From an uncultured Chroococcidiopsis sp. (lineage in GTDB: Bacteria; Cyanobacteriota; Cyanobacteriia; Cyanobacteriales; Chroococcidiopsidaceae): a stretch of 64,000 nt of DNA. How positions within the stretch are numbered: position 1 is the stretch's first letter; each line of letters opens with the position of its first letter. A program made the translations under genes and the position numbers. The stretch covers positions 32,001 through 96,000 of the forward strand of contig CAXTYC010000017.1 of NCBI GenBank assembly GCA_964248365.1. The letters are read 5' to 3'. Below, piece after piece: positions 1 through 9,090 of the stretch. The notes under the pieces are model-generated. The model saw only the letters and a list, made by a program, of their open reading frames with translations. It did no database searches and was not told the DNA's origin.

Positions 1-20
1 TGCACTCGTCTTTTTTTGTT

Positions 21-141
21 TCTCGCAATAGACTTGGACACCCAGGTGGGCGGGTTTCCCGACAGGAGGCAAAGTGTCCGCGCAAAGCCGCGATCGTTCG
101 GACGCAAAAAGTCTCGCTAAGCTCCTTATGCAAGAAGTCTA
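21..141. repeat. Composite small dispersed repeat (GGACAC...GTGTCC hairpin, related to the insert in carB)
   Basis: 36-87 GGACAC...GCGGGTTTCCCGACAGGAGGCAAAGTGTCCGCGCAAAG is nearly identical to the reverse complement of about 20929-20980; TAGACTT (29-35) and AAGTCTA (135-141) form inverted ends. Confidence 0.65.
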
Positions 142-173
142 ATATTTAATTCTTTCCCTTTTCCCTTTCCTCG

Positions 174-1175
174 CTATTGTGCTTTTTGAGTAAATTTCCC
201 ATTAGAATTGTCAAACGCTCTCATAGCAAGGTCTTGTGCTTGTTTGAGTGCTGCTTGTAGTTGACTTGAAAGATTGTCTATCTGTTCGGTCTGCTTGGTA
301 ATTACTTGCTCTAGAGATTGAACTTTCAATTCATAGCTTTGTTTAGTCGCTTGCCATTCTTTTTCAAATAAGTCTGCTTTGACTTTTGCGTCTTGATTAA
401 CGTCTCTAATTGCCTCTTCTCTGGCTTTCTTAACAGCTTCATCGAGTTCAGCATTAAAGGCGGTAATTTGCTTTTGATATTCTTCAAATACTGGTTGCTG
501 CTCAGTTAATATCCTTTCGCGTTCTACCCAATCTTTCTCTTTTAATTGAGTTGTTTCTTGCAATTCCCTTTCTTGATTACGCTTTTTACCTTGGTAGGCA
601 TCTGCGTTAATTTTACGTGTGAGTTCCAAACGATATTGATAGTCTTCTACTTCTTGTTGCCGCTGTTTGGCTAATAATTCGTTTTGTTCTTGCAGAAGGA
701 TTTCATACTCAGCTTGTTCTTGTTGCCAAGTTTTTCTGGTTTGAGTTCTGTCTTTTCCGAGTGCTTCTTTTTGGCTAGTAGCGTCTTGCTCAACTGCTTT
801 TAAGTTTTCTTGGTGTTCTTGGTTTAATATATCCAGAACATCTGCTACTACTCTTATTTGTTGTAACTCTTGCAAGTGTTGAGTTTCAAATTCTATAGCT
901 TGCTTGATTTCGTCTAGTTTAGAATTTTCTTTGGCTAATTTTTCTGACAGTCCAATTACGATACTGCCAAACTCTAATTGCAAATCAGCCAGCCCTTTAA
1001 CAATACTATCTACAGTGTAGGTAGTTGCTGTTTCAAGGATTTGTTTGTTTTTTTCCTTTTCGGCTGACTCTTGTCGAGTTGCTATTTTTAGTTCAAGCTT
1101 TTTTCTTTGGGCAAGAATTCTTTGAAATGCTGTCATTAGCTGTTCTTTGCTGTCTTTGACTACAAGTTGATTCAT
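174..1175 (-). CDS. Hypothetical long coiled-coil protein
   Basis: 333-aa ORF, E/Q/K-rich heptad pattern; AGGAG upstream of the ATG. Confidence 0.8.
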   Translation of the reverse strand: MNQLVVKDSKEQLMTAFQRILAQRKKLELKIATRQESAEKEKNKQILETATTYTVDSIVKGLADLQLEFGSIVIGLSEKLAKENSKLDEIKQAIEFETQHLQELQQIRVVADVLDILNQEHQENLKAVEQDATSQKEALGKDRTQTRKTWQQEQAEYEILLQEQNELLAKQRQQEVEDYQYRLELTRKINADAYQGKKRNQERELQETTQLKEKDWVERERILTEQQPVFEEYQKQITAFNAELDEAVKKAREEAIRDVNQDAKVKADLFEKEWQATKQSYELKVQSLEQVITKQTEQIDNLSSQLQAALKQAQDLAMRAFDNSNGKFTQKAQ

Positions 1176-1236
1176 GCTATTTCTCCTAGAATATGTAAAA
1201 ATGTGTAATATTTAGCTAATAGCTTTTAGCTTTTAG

Positions 1237-1281
1237 AACTGGTGACTGGTGACTGGTAACTGGTAACTGATAACTGGTAAC
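1237..1281. repeat. Short tandem heptamer repeat (ACTGGTR)n, STRR-like
   Basis: actggtg actggtg actggta actggta actgata actggta. Confidence 0.85.
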
Positions 1282-1418
1282 AGCGCGCCAGCTAATAGCT
1301 TTCCCAGCTCAAGGGTAGCTTTCAGCTTAGCTATTTCGCCCAGATGGAAATACTGAAAAAACGACAAAAGTTAGCAAAGCAATTAGCGAGATCGCTAATT
1401 ACTTATTCATTTTTTTAT

Positions 1419-1432
1419 AGTACAAATGTACT
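1419..1432. promoter_or_regulatory. Putative cyanobacterial LexA box
   Basis: AGTAC-AAAT-GTACT matches RGTAC-N4-GTWCB, in the divergent intergenic region. Confidence 0.65.
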
Positions 1433-1572
1433 GTATCAATTTAATCACCAACATGGGAGATTGTCAAGGTAGAGAGACATTAATTTATTTCCATATCTGC
1501 AATTAGAGGAATTTAGATGTCATTCAATTGGATAATAATGATGCAAGAACAGAAAAAAGCAATGCTTAAGCA

Positions 1573-2322
1573 ATGTTTACTCGTGAATTAACCAAAAGTC
1601 CTCCCCAAGCGGAAATCGGGCAGATGAGCCGCGTTTTAGTGGTCGAAGATGAAACCCTGATTCGGGAAATGCTTGTTATGGCTTTGGAGGCGGAAGGTAT
1701 GAAGATCGCCACCGCTACTGATGGACGATCAGCTCTTGCCTTACTCCAAAGTGCTGAACCTGCTTTTGGAGAGTTCCCCTTTGATCTAGTAATTCTGGAT
1801 TTAATGCTGCCGCAGATCAATGGTTTGGATATCTGCCGCTTTTTGCGTCATCAAGGAAATCCAGTCCCGATATTGATCCTTAGTGCCAAGGGTAGTGAAA
1901 CAGATCGTGTCTTGGGATTGGAAGTGGGAGCAGATGACTACCTCACCAAACCCTTTAGTATGCGTGAGTTAATCGCCCGTTGCCGTGCTTTATTGCGCCG
2001 TCAACGCTTGGGGATACCTCAAGCACCAGTACTACAGTTTAAGGATATTAGCCTTTATCCTCAAGAGTGCCGTGTCACAGTGCGAGGAGAGGAAGTTAGC
2101 CTTTCACCCAAGGAGTTCCGCCTGCTAGAGCTATTCATCACCCACCCCCGTAGAGTTTGGTCGCGCGAACACTTGCTCGATCAAGTCTGGGGAGTAGATT
2201 TTGTCGGAGATAGTAAAACCGTAGACGTTCACATCCGTTGGCTGAGGGAAAAATTAGAAAAAGACCCCAGTCATCCAGAGTATCTTGTAACTGTGCGCGG
2301 GTTTGGTTATAGATTTGGGTAG
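1573..2322 (+). CDS. sphR: OmpR/PhoB-family response regulator (SphR/PhoB)
   Basis: REC domain (VVEDE, LDLMLP, KPF) plus winged helix (KTVDVHIRWLREKLE...TVRGFGYRF); directly upstream of a PhoR-like kinase and phoU. Confidence 0.9.
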   Translation: MFTRELTKSPPQAEIGQMSRVLVVEDETLIREMLVMALEAEGMKIATATDGRSALALLQSAEPAFGEFPFDLVILDLMLPQINGLDICRFLRHQGNPVPILILSAKGSETDRVLGLEVGADDYLTKPFSMRELIARCRALLRRQRLGIPQAPVLQFKDISLYPQECRVTVRGEEVSLSPKEFRLLELFITHPRRVWSREHLLDQVWGVDFVGDSKTVDVHIRWLREKLEKDPSHPEYLVTVRGFGYRFG

Positions 2323-2414
2323 GAGTTAGGGGCGCTGGGGCTAGAGGCTGGAGGCTAGGAGGTAACAGGTTAGATTAGTAATTAATTCATACTTCATCCT
2401 TTATCCTTTATCTA

Positions 2415-3689
2415 ATGACTCTGCTGGCGTTTTTGGTGGGACTAGGGATAGGAATTGGGCTGTGGTTGTGGCAATACACCCAAATTCAGAGGAAATTACG
2501 GCATTTACTCCAGTTGATGCCTGGGGATACTTCATCTGTTTCCTTATCCACTTTGCCACGCTTGCGGCGAGAAATTATTTTGCTTCAACAGCAGCAGGAA
2601 GTTTTGCTCTCCCAACTACAAACCTGGGAACAAGTGCTGCAAGTTGCGCCAGTAGGTTACTTGCAGGTCGATGAAGAAAATCAGCTTTTGTGGTGCAATC
2701 AGCAGGCGCAGCAACTATTGGGTTTAGCTAGGTGGGAACCAAAACAGGTGCGCTTGCTGTTGGAATTAGTGCGATCGTATGAACTTGATTCTTTGATTGA
2801 GCAAACCAGGGAACAACAGCAACCAGAAGTGCGAGAGTGGGTATTCCATCCAGCCAGCGCGGATGCAGCGATGATTAGTGGACTCAAAGCGCTGACTTTA
2901 AGAGCAGCTAGCTTGCCTTTACCAGAGGGACAAGTTGGTGTATTTCTAGAAAATCGGCAACCACTAGTTGATCTTACCCAAGCACGCGATCGCTCTTTTT
3001 CCGACCTAGCCCATGAACTCAAAACGCCGCTGACTTCGATTTTGTTAATAGTAGAAACTTTGCAGCAGCAAGTACAGCCACCTTTGCGTAAATGGGTTGA
3101 CCGCCTTTTGCCTGAAATTCACCGCCTGATTAACTTGGTGCAAAGCTGGCTAGAGTTGAGCCAGCTAGAAGATCCCAACCGACAACTGAATTGTCAACCT
3201 GTTGAAGTGCGATCGCTCATCAAAGGAGTTTGGCAAACCCTCGAACCTTTAGCACAACGCCAACAGCTAAGCCTGAGCTATTCTGGTTCCGAAATATGGC
3301 TTAACGCAGATAAGTCTCGCCTTACCCAAGTGTTTCTTAATTTACTGCATAATAGTATCAAATATAGCCCTTTTCAAGGAACTATCCGCGTTATAGTCAA
3401 CACTGTTGTTGAAACTAACCGCAAGCTGGTGCAGATAAATATTATTGACTCTGGTGCTGGTTTTCCAGCAGCGGATTTACCCCACGTATTTGAGCGACTT
3501 TATCGGGGAGATCCAGCCAGAGCAAACTCCTCAGAATCGTTCAATGATACCGCCTCGCTAGGTACGGGTAGTGGCTTAGGTTTGGCGATCGTTCGGCAAA
3601 TTGTGCTGGCTCACGGTGGCTCAGTCAAAGCGATGAACGATCCAGCGACTGGCGGCGCTTGGCTACAAGTTGAACTTCCTATCTTGTGA
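2415..3689 (+). CDS. sphS: Phosphate sensor histidine kinase (SphS/PhoR)
   Basis: N-terminal TM segment, PAS-like region, H-box LAHELKTPL, N-box NLLHNSIKY, GSGLGLAI; synteny. Confidence 0.88.
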   Translation: MTLLAFLVGLGIGIGLWLWQYTQIQRKLRHLLQLMPGDTSSVSLSTLPRLRREIILLQQQQEVLLSQLQTWEQVLQVAPVGYLQVDEENQLLWCNQQAQQLLGLARWEPKQVRLLLELVRSYELDSLIEQTREQQQPEVREWVFHPASADAAMISGLKALTLRAASLPLPEGQVGVFLENRQPLVDLTQARDRSFSDLAHELKTPLTSILLIVETLQQQVQPPLRKWVDRLLPEIHRLINLVQSWLELSQLEDPNRQLNCQPVEVRSLIKGVWQTLEPLAQRQQLSLSYSGSEIWLNADKSRLTQVFLNLLHNSIKYSPFQGTIRVIVNTVVETNRKLVQINIIDSGAGFPAADLPHVFERLYRGDPARANSSESFNDTASLGTGSGLGLAIVRQIVLAHGGSVKAMNDPATGGAWLQVELPIL

Positions 3690-3773
3690 CAGATTTGAAG
3701 CACAGACAATTTTTGTAAAGTAACAGTATATTAGAAAAAATTTCTATTAACACATATTAACAAAATTGTTAAG

Positions 3774-4442
3774 GTGAATTCTATCGTCTCCAATTCGCAT
3801 CCTAACCGTTCCCAATTTGAGCGCCGCCTCAAACGCTTAGAATGTGACATTCTGCGAATGGGTGCTTTGGTAGAACGATCTTTTCGTCTGTGCCACCAAT
3901 CGTTATTTGCTCGTAATTTAGAAGCAGCTAAGGAACTTCCCTCACTCGATAAACAAATCGATCAATTCTACCGCCAAATAGAAATGGAATGTGCGGCACT
4001 GCTAACCTTAGAAGCACCAGTTGCAAAAGATTTGCGTTTATTAAGTGCCTTTATGCAACTCGTGCGAGACTTAGAACGAATTGGGGATTATGCCGAGGAT
4101 TTAGGGGAAATTGCGATTAAACTTTTTCCCTATCCACCCCATAAGTGTGTACCGCAGATTGAGGTAATGTCGCACCATGCCCAAGCAATGCTAGCAGCCA
4201 GCCTAGTGGCACTTGCAGATTTGGATGCCCTTGCCGGAAAAGAAGTAAAGCGGCTGGACGATGCCGTAGACACAGCTTACGACCAGGTTTACCAAACCCT
4301 AGCGACCGAACGGGATATCAAAGGAGTAGTGGAGCCAATTATTTTATTAGCATTGGTAATTCGTCATTTAGAGCGGATGGCAGATCATGCCACTAATATT
4401 GGTCAAAGAGTAGCGTACATTGTTACAGGACAAAGGACTTGA
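3774..4442 (+). CDS. phoU: Phosphate signalling protein PhoU (SphU)
   Basis: Repeated PhoU motifs DLERIGDYA and HLERMADHATNI. Confidence 0.95.
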   Translation: MNSIVSNSHPNRSQFERRLKRLECDILRMGALVERSFRLCHQSLFARNLEAAKELPSLDKQIDQFYRQIEMECAALLTLEAPVAKDLRLLSAFMQLVRDLERIGDYAEDLGEIAIKLFPYPPHKCVPQIEVMSHHAQAMLAASLVALADLDALAGKEVKRLDDAVDTAYDQVYQTLATERDIKGVVEPIILLALVIRHLERMADHATNIGQRVAYIVTGQRT

Positions 4443-4445
4443 TAA

Positions 4446-4479
4446 TCAGTTATCAGTTATCAGTTATCAGTTATCAGTT
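4446..4479. repeat. Tandem heptamer repeat (TCAGTTA)n
   Basis: About 5 tandem copies directly after the phoU stop. Confidence 0.85.
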
Positions 4480-4730
4480 GTTAATTTGGGTAACTGTTCA
4501 CTGCTTGTCTGTTCTACAGCAAGTGATCGCAGTTGCAAATCATTAGTGCAATTGAAGTGCTTGGACGTATTGGCGTTAAATTATTCCACATCAATGCCCG
4601 TAATTGTCTGCCAAGTCTTCCCAAGTCCTCTTGCTCGTTTTTGACGAGACAATTTTTAAGCTACGATCGCCTTGTCTTAAACTTTTAGCTCTACCATCAA
4701 ACTGTCAAAGCTATTAGCTTTTTTGTATGA

Positions 4731-5439
4731 CCTGCATCAGCAGTATTTCGCAAACAGCAAGGGCAAGGATATATTGATGGGTTAGGCGATCGCATTATCG
4801 GTTCTTTTGCTAACTGCGCTGGGGGGATAACTCCTTGGGGAACCGTCCTTAGTGCAGAAGAAAACTTTCACTCATCAAGTACCATCTGCATATACTGCGG
4901 ATGGGGCAGCTTTCGATCCGAGTGAACTACCTTTTATTCTCGATGATGGAGAAATGGGCAGTCAAGGCAATGTATTTGGTTTAGCTGGGAATAAGTATGG
5001 TTGGATTGTGGAAGTTGATCCAGCCGATCCTAATAACTACGGCACTAAACACACTTGGCTTGGACGATATTGCCATCAAGCAGTTAGTGTGCGGGTAGAA
5101 GCAGGAAAACAACTGGCTTTTTATTCCCAGTGCGATCGCACACCCAGACACGTTTACAAATTTGTCAGCCGCGATCGTTTTGGCGATTTCAAAGACAAAG
5201 CTAATTCTAGGCTATTGCAAAATGGCATGATCTATGCTGCTGTGCATTCTGGGGAAGGAAATGGAATTTGCCAAAATAAGGCACTAGAAACTCACGCCGT
5301 GACTGTTACTACTACCAAGGGCAAACAATTTTAACAAATTCGCTCTTTGCCAATTGGTTCCAATTGGGCAAGCAAAATGCTTAACATTCCACCCAAACCC
5401 GCCATCGTTGCTATTCAACGTCACACTGGAAGTGTATAA
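4731..5439 (+). pseudogene. phoX: PhoX (DUF839) alkaline phosphatase remnant
   Basis: The frame from 4731 reads IIGSFANCAGGITPWGTVLSAEENF (PhoX signature). A frameshift near 4870 leads to YGWIVEVDP...KHTWLGRY. An apparent large internal deletion follows IYAA, then an in-frame TAA at 5332-5334, then C-terminal PIGSNW...PPKPAIVAIQR. No N-terminus or Tat signal. Confidence 0.85.
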
Positions 5440-5528
5440 AAATAATCAGTAATTCTTATCAACATTTAAAACTAAACATATGGATTTACAAATAACAGTC
5501 CAAATGCACAACTAACGGTTTCTTATAT

Positions 5529-6104
5529 ATGGCTATTAGTACACCAATTTCCAACTTACTTCCTCCACTCTCAGGGCATATCTTTAGTCGTCATGACCTA
5601 ATTGAGCCGAAAGAAAATATCTTGTGGCGGATTGAACGTGGCGCAGTTCGTACTGTTACTTGGAGCGAACAAGGTACTTTAATTACACTAGGATACTGGG
5701 GAATAGGTGACATCGTAGGACAGCCCCTGTCGCGGATAATACCATATCAAATTGAGTGCTTAACAAGCGTAGAAATGGGTATTATACCGCCCCAAATGTG
5801 GCATCAGACAATAGAAGCAATGTTAAAGCATATACAACAATCAGAGGAATTGCTCAGTATTATCCACCGAAAACCTGTTTCTTTAAGATTGTGGCAGTTT
5901 TTAATCTGGTTGAGTCAAAAGTTCGGTAGGGATGTTGATCGAGGAAGATTAATAGATATAGCAGTGACTCATCAGGAGATGGCAGAAGTAATTAATACAA
6001 CACGGGTTTCTGTTACTCGGATGTTGCAGCAGTTTGAAAAAGAAGGAATGCTAAAAAGGCATCAACGACGGTTGATTCTTTGTTTACCAGCTAAAACAAG
6101 TTAA
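5529..6104 (+). CDS. Crp/Fnr-family transcriptional regulator (PtrA/CysR-like)
   Basis: C-terminal HTH THQEMAEVINTTRVSVTRML; short cupin-like N-domain. Confidence 0.88.
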   Translation: MAISTPISNLLPPLSGHIFSRHDLIEPKENILWRIERGAVRTVTWSEQGTLITLGYWGIGDIVGQPLSRIIPYQIECLTSVEMGIIPPQMWHQTIEAMLKHIQQSEELLSIIHRKPVSLRLWQFLIWLSQKFGRDVDRGRLIDIAVTHQEMAEVINTTRVSVTRMLQQFEKEGMLKRHQRRLILCLPAKTS

Positions 6105-6263
6105 ACTGTAAATGAATCAATGTAATGGCGATCGCCCGTGTAATTACGGAGGTACAATTACGGTTTCAAATTGCCCAAATTAGTGCAACAATAAAAAAAC
6201 TCAGTTAATTGCTTAATGCACTTTCTCTTGAGTCAAAACATCGGTGTGAGTGAGAACAAAAAT

Positions 6264-7988
6264 ATGTCGAAACTATTCTGGAATACTTTAAAATTAAGTC
6301 CGCTCTTTCTAACAGCTACCCTAGTTGTAGCAACTCGCGCCTCTGCTGCCGAGCCAAATGCAGCTGAGCAGCACACATCTGTTTCTCAGTTGTCTAACCC
6401 AGCACCAGATAATACAATAGCGCAGGTAACATCAGTTTCTCAGCTGTCTGACGTACAGCCCACAGATTGGGCATTCCAAGCATTGCAGTCCTTGGTAGAG
6501 CGTTACGGCTGTATCGCTGGTTATCCTGATGGCACGTATCGCGGAAACAGAGCTTTGACCCGTTACGAATTTGCTGCTGGGTTAAATGCTTGTTTAGACC
6601 GAGTAAATGAACTAATTGCCACAGCAACAGCTGACAGAGTAAATAAAGAAGACTTAGCTACCCTGCAACGGCTGCAAGAAGAATTTTCCGCCGAACTTGC
6701 TACTTTGCGCGGGAGAGTCGATAGCCTAGAAGCGCAGACAGCTCAACTAGAAGCAAATCAATTCTCCACCACCACCAAGTTAACTGGGGAAGTAATTGCT
6801 GCCGTTTCTGATGTGTTTGGTGGTAACGTAGCACTTAGCTCTAATCCTAACGATCCAACCAACATTGGTAGAGTAGGTCAAAACATAGATAATACCACTA
6901 ACACTGTCTTCTCTGACCGCGTCCGCTTAAACTTTGATACCAGCTTTACTGGAAAAGACTTACTCAGAACTCGCTTGCAAGCTCGTAACGTCGTTCCGTT
7001 TACACGCACAGGAACCCCAGGTGCGCCAGGAGACACGGGTACTCCCATGACTCGCTTAGGCTTTGATGGAGATGAAGGCAACAACATTCGAATTGACAAG
7101 TTGTTCTATCGTTTCCCACTCCTTGGTGATTTCGCTGATGTCAAACTTGATTTCACCAACGCTGAGTTGCAAGAGAACGTCTACACCTTCAACCCTATTT
7201 TTGAAAGCAGCGGTCGGGGTGCTATCAGCCGCTTCGGGCGCTTCAACCCAATCTACCGCTCAGCAGATATTTCAAATTCTGCTACTTTAGGCGGTTCTGC
7301 TTTAACTGTCAACATTAATCCCAAAGGTGCGGTGGGATTGTCTTTAGCTTATGCAGCATCTAACGCTAGTAACCCTGGTAATAATTTCGGATTGTTCAAT
7401 GGTGATTATGCCGCCTTGGGTCAGCTATCTTTCCGTCCTACAGATAATATCAATTTAGGTCTAACCTACGTTCACTCTTACGATAATGCTGTATCGAACG
7501 CTGGTGTTGCCAACTCTATCGCTGTTTCGGGCGGTACGGGTAGTGTTTATGCCAACAACCCCTTCAATGGTGCAGCTACTTCCAGCAACAAATACGGAGC
7601 CGAAGCAAGTATCAAGCTCGGCTCTAAATTAACTCTCTCAGGTTGGGGTGGTTATACTGTTGCTACTGCTGAACAAGGTCCAGGTGCAGTAACTAGAGGA
7701 AATAAAGCCCAGATTTGGAACTGGGCTGCAACATTGGCTTTCCAAGATTTTATCAAAGAAGGTAGCGTACTCGGTGTAATCTTCGGTCAACCGCCAAGAG
7801 CAGGTAGCAATGACCTTGTTGGTCGTAGAGACAGAGGCACTTCCTACCACCTAGAGGGGCTATACCGCTTCCCAATTACAGACAATATTGAAGTTACTCC
7901 AGGTGTAGCTGTAATCTTCAATCCAGAACACAACAACAACAACGACACGGAATATGTAGGCACAGTTAGAACAACCTTCAGGTTCTAA
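6264..7988 (+). CDS. SLH-domain outer-membrane porin (SomA/SomB, OprB-like)
   Basis: Signal peptide, VTSVSQLSDVQPTDWAFQALQSLVERYGCIAGYPDGTYRGNR SLH motif, FSTTTKL, terminal RTTFRF; start 6264 preferred over 6216. Confidence 0.93.
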   Translation: MSKLFWNTLKLSPLFLTATLVVATRASAAEPNAAEQHTSVSQLSNPAPDNTIAQVTSVSQLSDVQPTDWAFQALQSLVERYGCIAGYPDGTYRGNRALTRYEFAAGLNACLDRVNELIATATADRVNKEDLATLQRLQEEFSAELATLRGRVDSLEAQTAQLEANQFSTTTKLTGEVIAAVSDVFGGNVALSSNPNDPTNIGRVGQNIDNTTNTVFSDRVRLNFDTSFTGKDLLRTRLQARNVVPFTRTGTPGAPGDTGTPMTRLGFDGDEGNNIRIDKLFYRFPLLGDFADVKLDFTNAELQENVYTFNPIFESSGRGAISRFGRFNPIYRSADISNSATLGGSALTVNINPKGAVGLSLAYAASNASNPGNNFGLFNGDYAALGQLSFRPTDNINLGLTYVHSYDNAVSNAGVANSIAVSGGTGSVYANNPFNGAATSSNKYGAEASIKLGSKLTLSGWGGYTVATAEQGPGAVTRGNKAQIWNWAATLAFQDFIKEGSVLGVIFGQPPRAGSNDLVGRRDRGTSYHLEGLYRFPITDNIEVTPGVAVIFNPEHNNNNDTEYVGTVRTTFRF

Positions 7989-8018
7989 AACTATCCTCAA
8001 AACCTACTTATTTTTGCC

Positions 8019-8044
8019 AAAGTCCGCCCCTGCGGGCTTTTTTT
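8019..8044 (+). terminator. Rho-independent terminator of the porin gene
   Basis: AAAGTCCGC-CCCT-GCGGGCTTT followed by a T run. Confidence 0.8.
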
Positions 8045-8112
8045 GTCAGTAGGGGGGGTTTAACAAAAAACTCGCCTTGACAACAAATATTTTTCGTCAG
8101 GAGCGCCCCTAC

Positions 8113-8266
8113 TATAGCAGGGATTCGGGAGTAGCGCGAAGACAAACGCGGAGGTTTCCTCCGCGCAGAACGAGGTAAGAGAGGGAGTAGGAAGTAGGGT
8201 AAGAAGACTTGTAACAATTGTCTTCTAGTAAATTGTCTTGTCCTAATCTATCTACTTACTGCTATA
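8113..8266. mobile_element. MITE-like repeat with TATAGCAG...CTGCTATA inverted ends
   Basis: 8-bp terminal inverted repeats; the right part recurs at 8761-8844 and a related copy lies at about 50976-51112. Confidence 0.55.
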
Positions 8267-8410
8267 CCACCAAAGCTTTTTAATTTTCTGGCTCCAAATT
8301 GGGCGCTTTTTGAATTCCCTCCTGACACCTTTTTGTCACATTTGTCTAGAAAACTAGGATCGCCAATGGTTACTTCTACTCAAGCCTCACCCCCTTACCT
8401 CTGCTCACGA

Positions 8411-8799
8411 TACGTAAACGACTTCAATCTACAGCAGCGAACTTATCGGGTGTATGTCCAGGCTGACGCGCATCGCTCTAATCCTGTAGATATTTGCATC
8501 TACGTGCGTTCTGCCAACAATCAGGGGATTTTCGCTGACTAAAGCGACAGTGGAAGCGGCACAAGAGCGTCTCAGACCGATTCTAATGACGGTTTTTTCT
8601 CTTATTGGGTTTTTGGCTACTGGTAATTGCCAAAGCAGGCGCACAGAGCCGACAATCTCTAGCAACTGCTGTCTTTGGTGGTTTGCTTGTCTCTACTTTC
8701 TTAAGCTTATTTGTCGTGCCAGTTTTGTATATAGTGTTTGGAAATATCCGCAAGCGCTTTGAGAGAAAGGAAGTAGGTCAAAAGTCTTGTAACAATTGA
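8411..8799 (+). pseudogene. RND efflux permease (AcrB family) remnant
   Basis: Fragments in several frames: YVNDFNLQQRTYRVYVQADA, EAAQERLRPILMT, ATAVFGGLLVSTFLSLFVVPVLY; internally deleted and frameshifted. Confidence 0.85.
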
Positions 8800-9090
8800 C
8801 TTATAGTAAATTAACTTGTCTTCATCTATCTACTTACTGCTATACAAGCTGCAAAAGTGTGTTTTTCCTTAATGCGGTTGATGGTTTGAAAAATTGAATT
8901 TTAACAGCGGCTATACAAGCAAGCTGTGCGATCGCTTTTGGTGTTGAATTGGAAAATATAATAATGTCTTGCCCTAAAAGTCACGTTTTAATACTTGTAG
9001 ATTAAAATACTACTCATCCAAGCTTAGCAATTAAGCCCAGGAAGCTGGATAACTGCACTTTTCTATAGAGAAGACTTGGAGGACAGCTAT

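Noticed and set aside
3745..3772. Pho box upstream of phoU
   Set aside because: TTAA units are spaced 10 and 12 bp, not the 11-bp period; too weak to call
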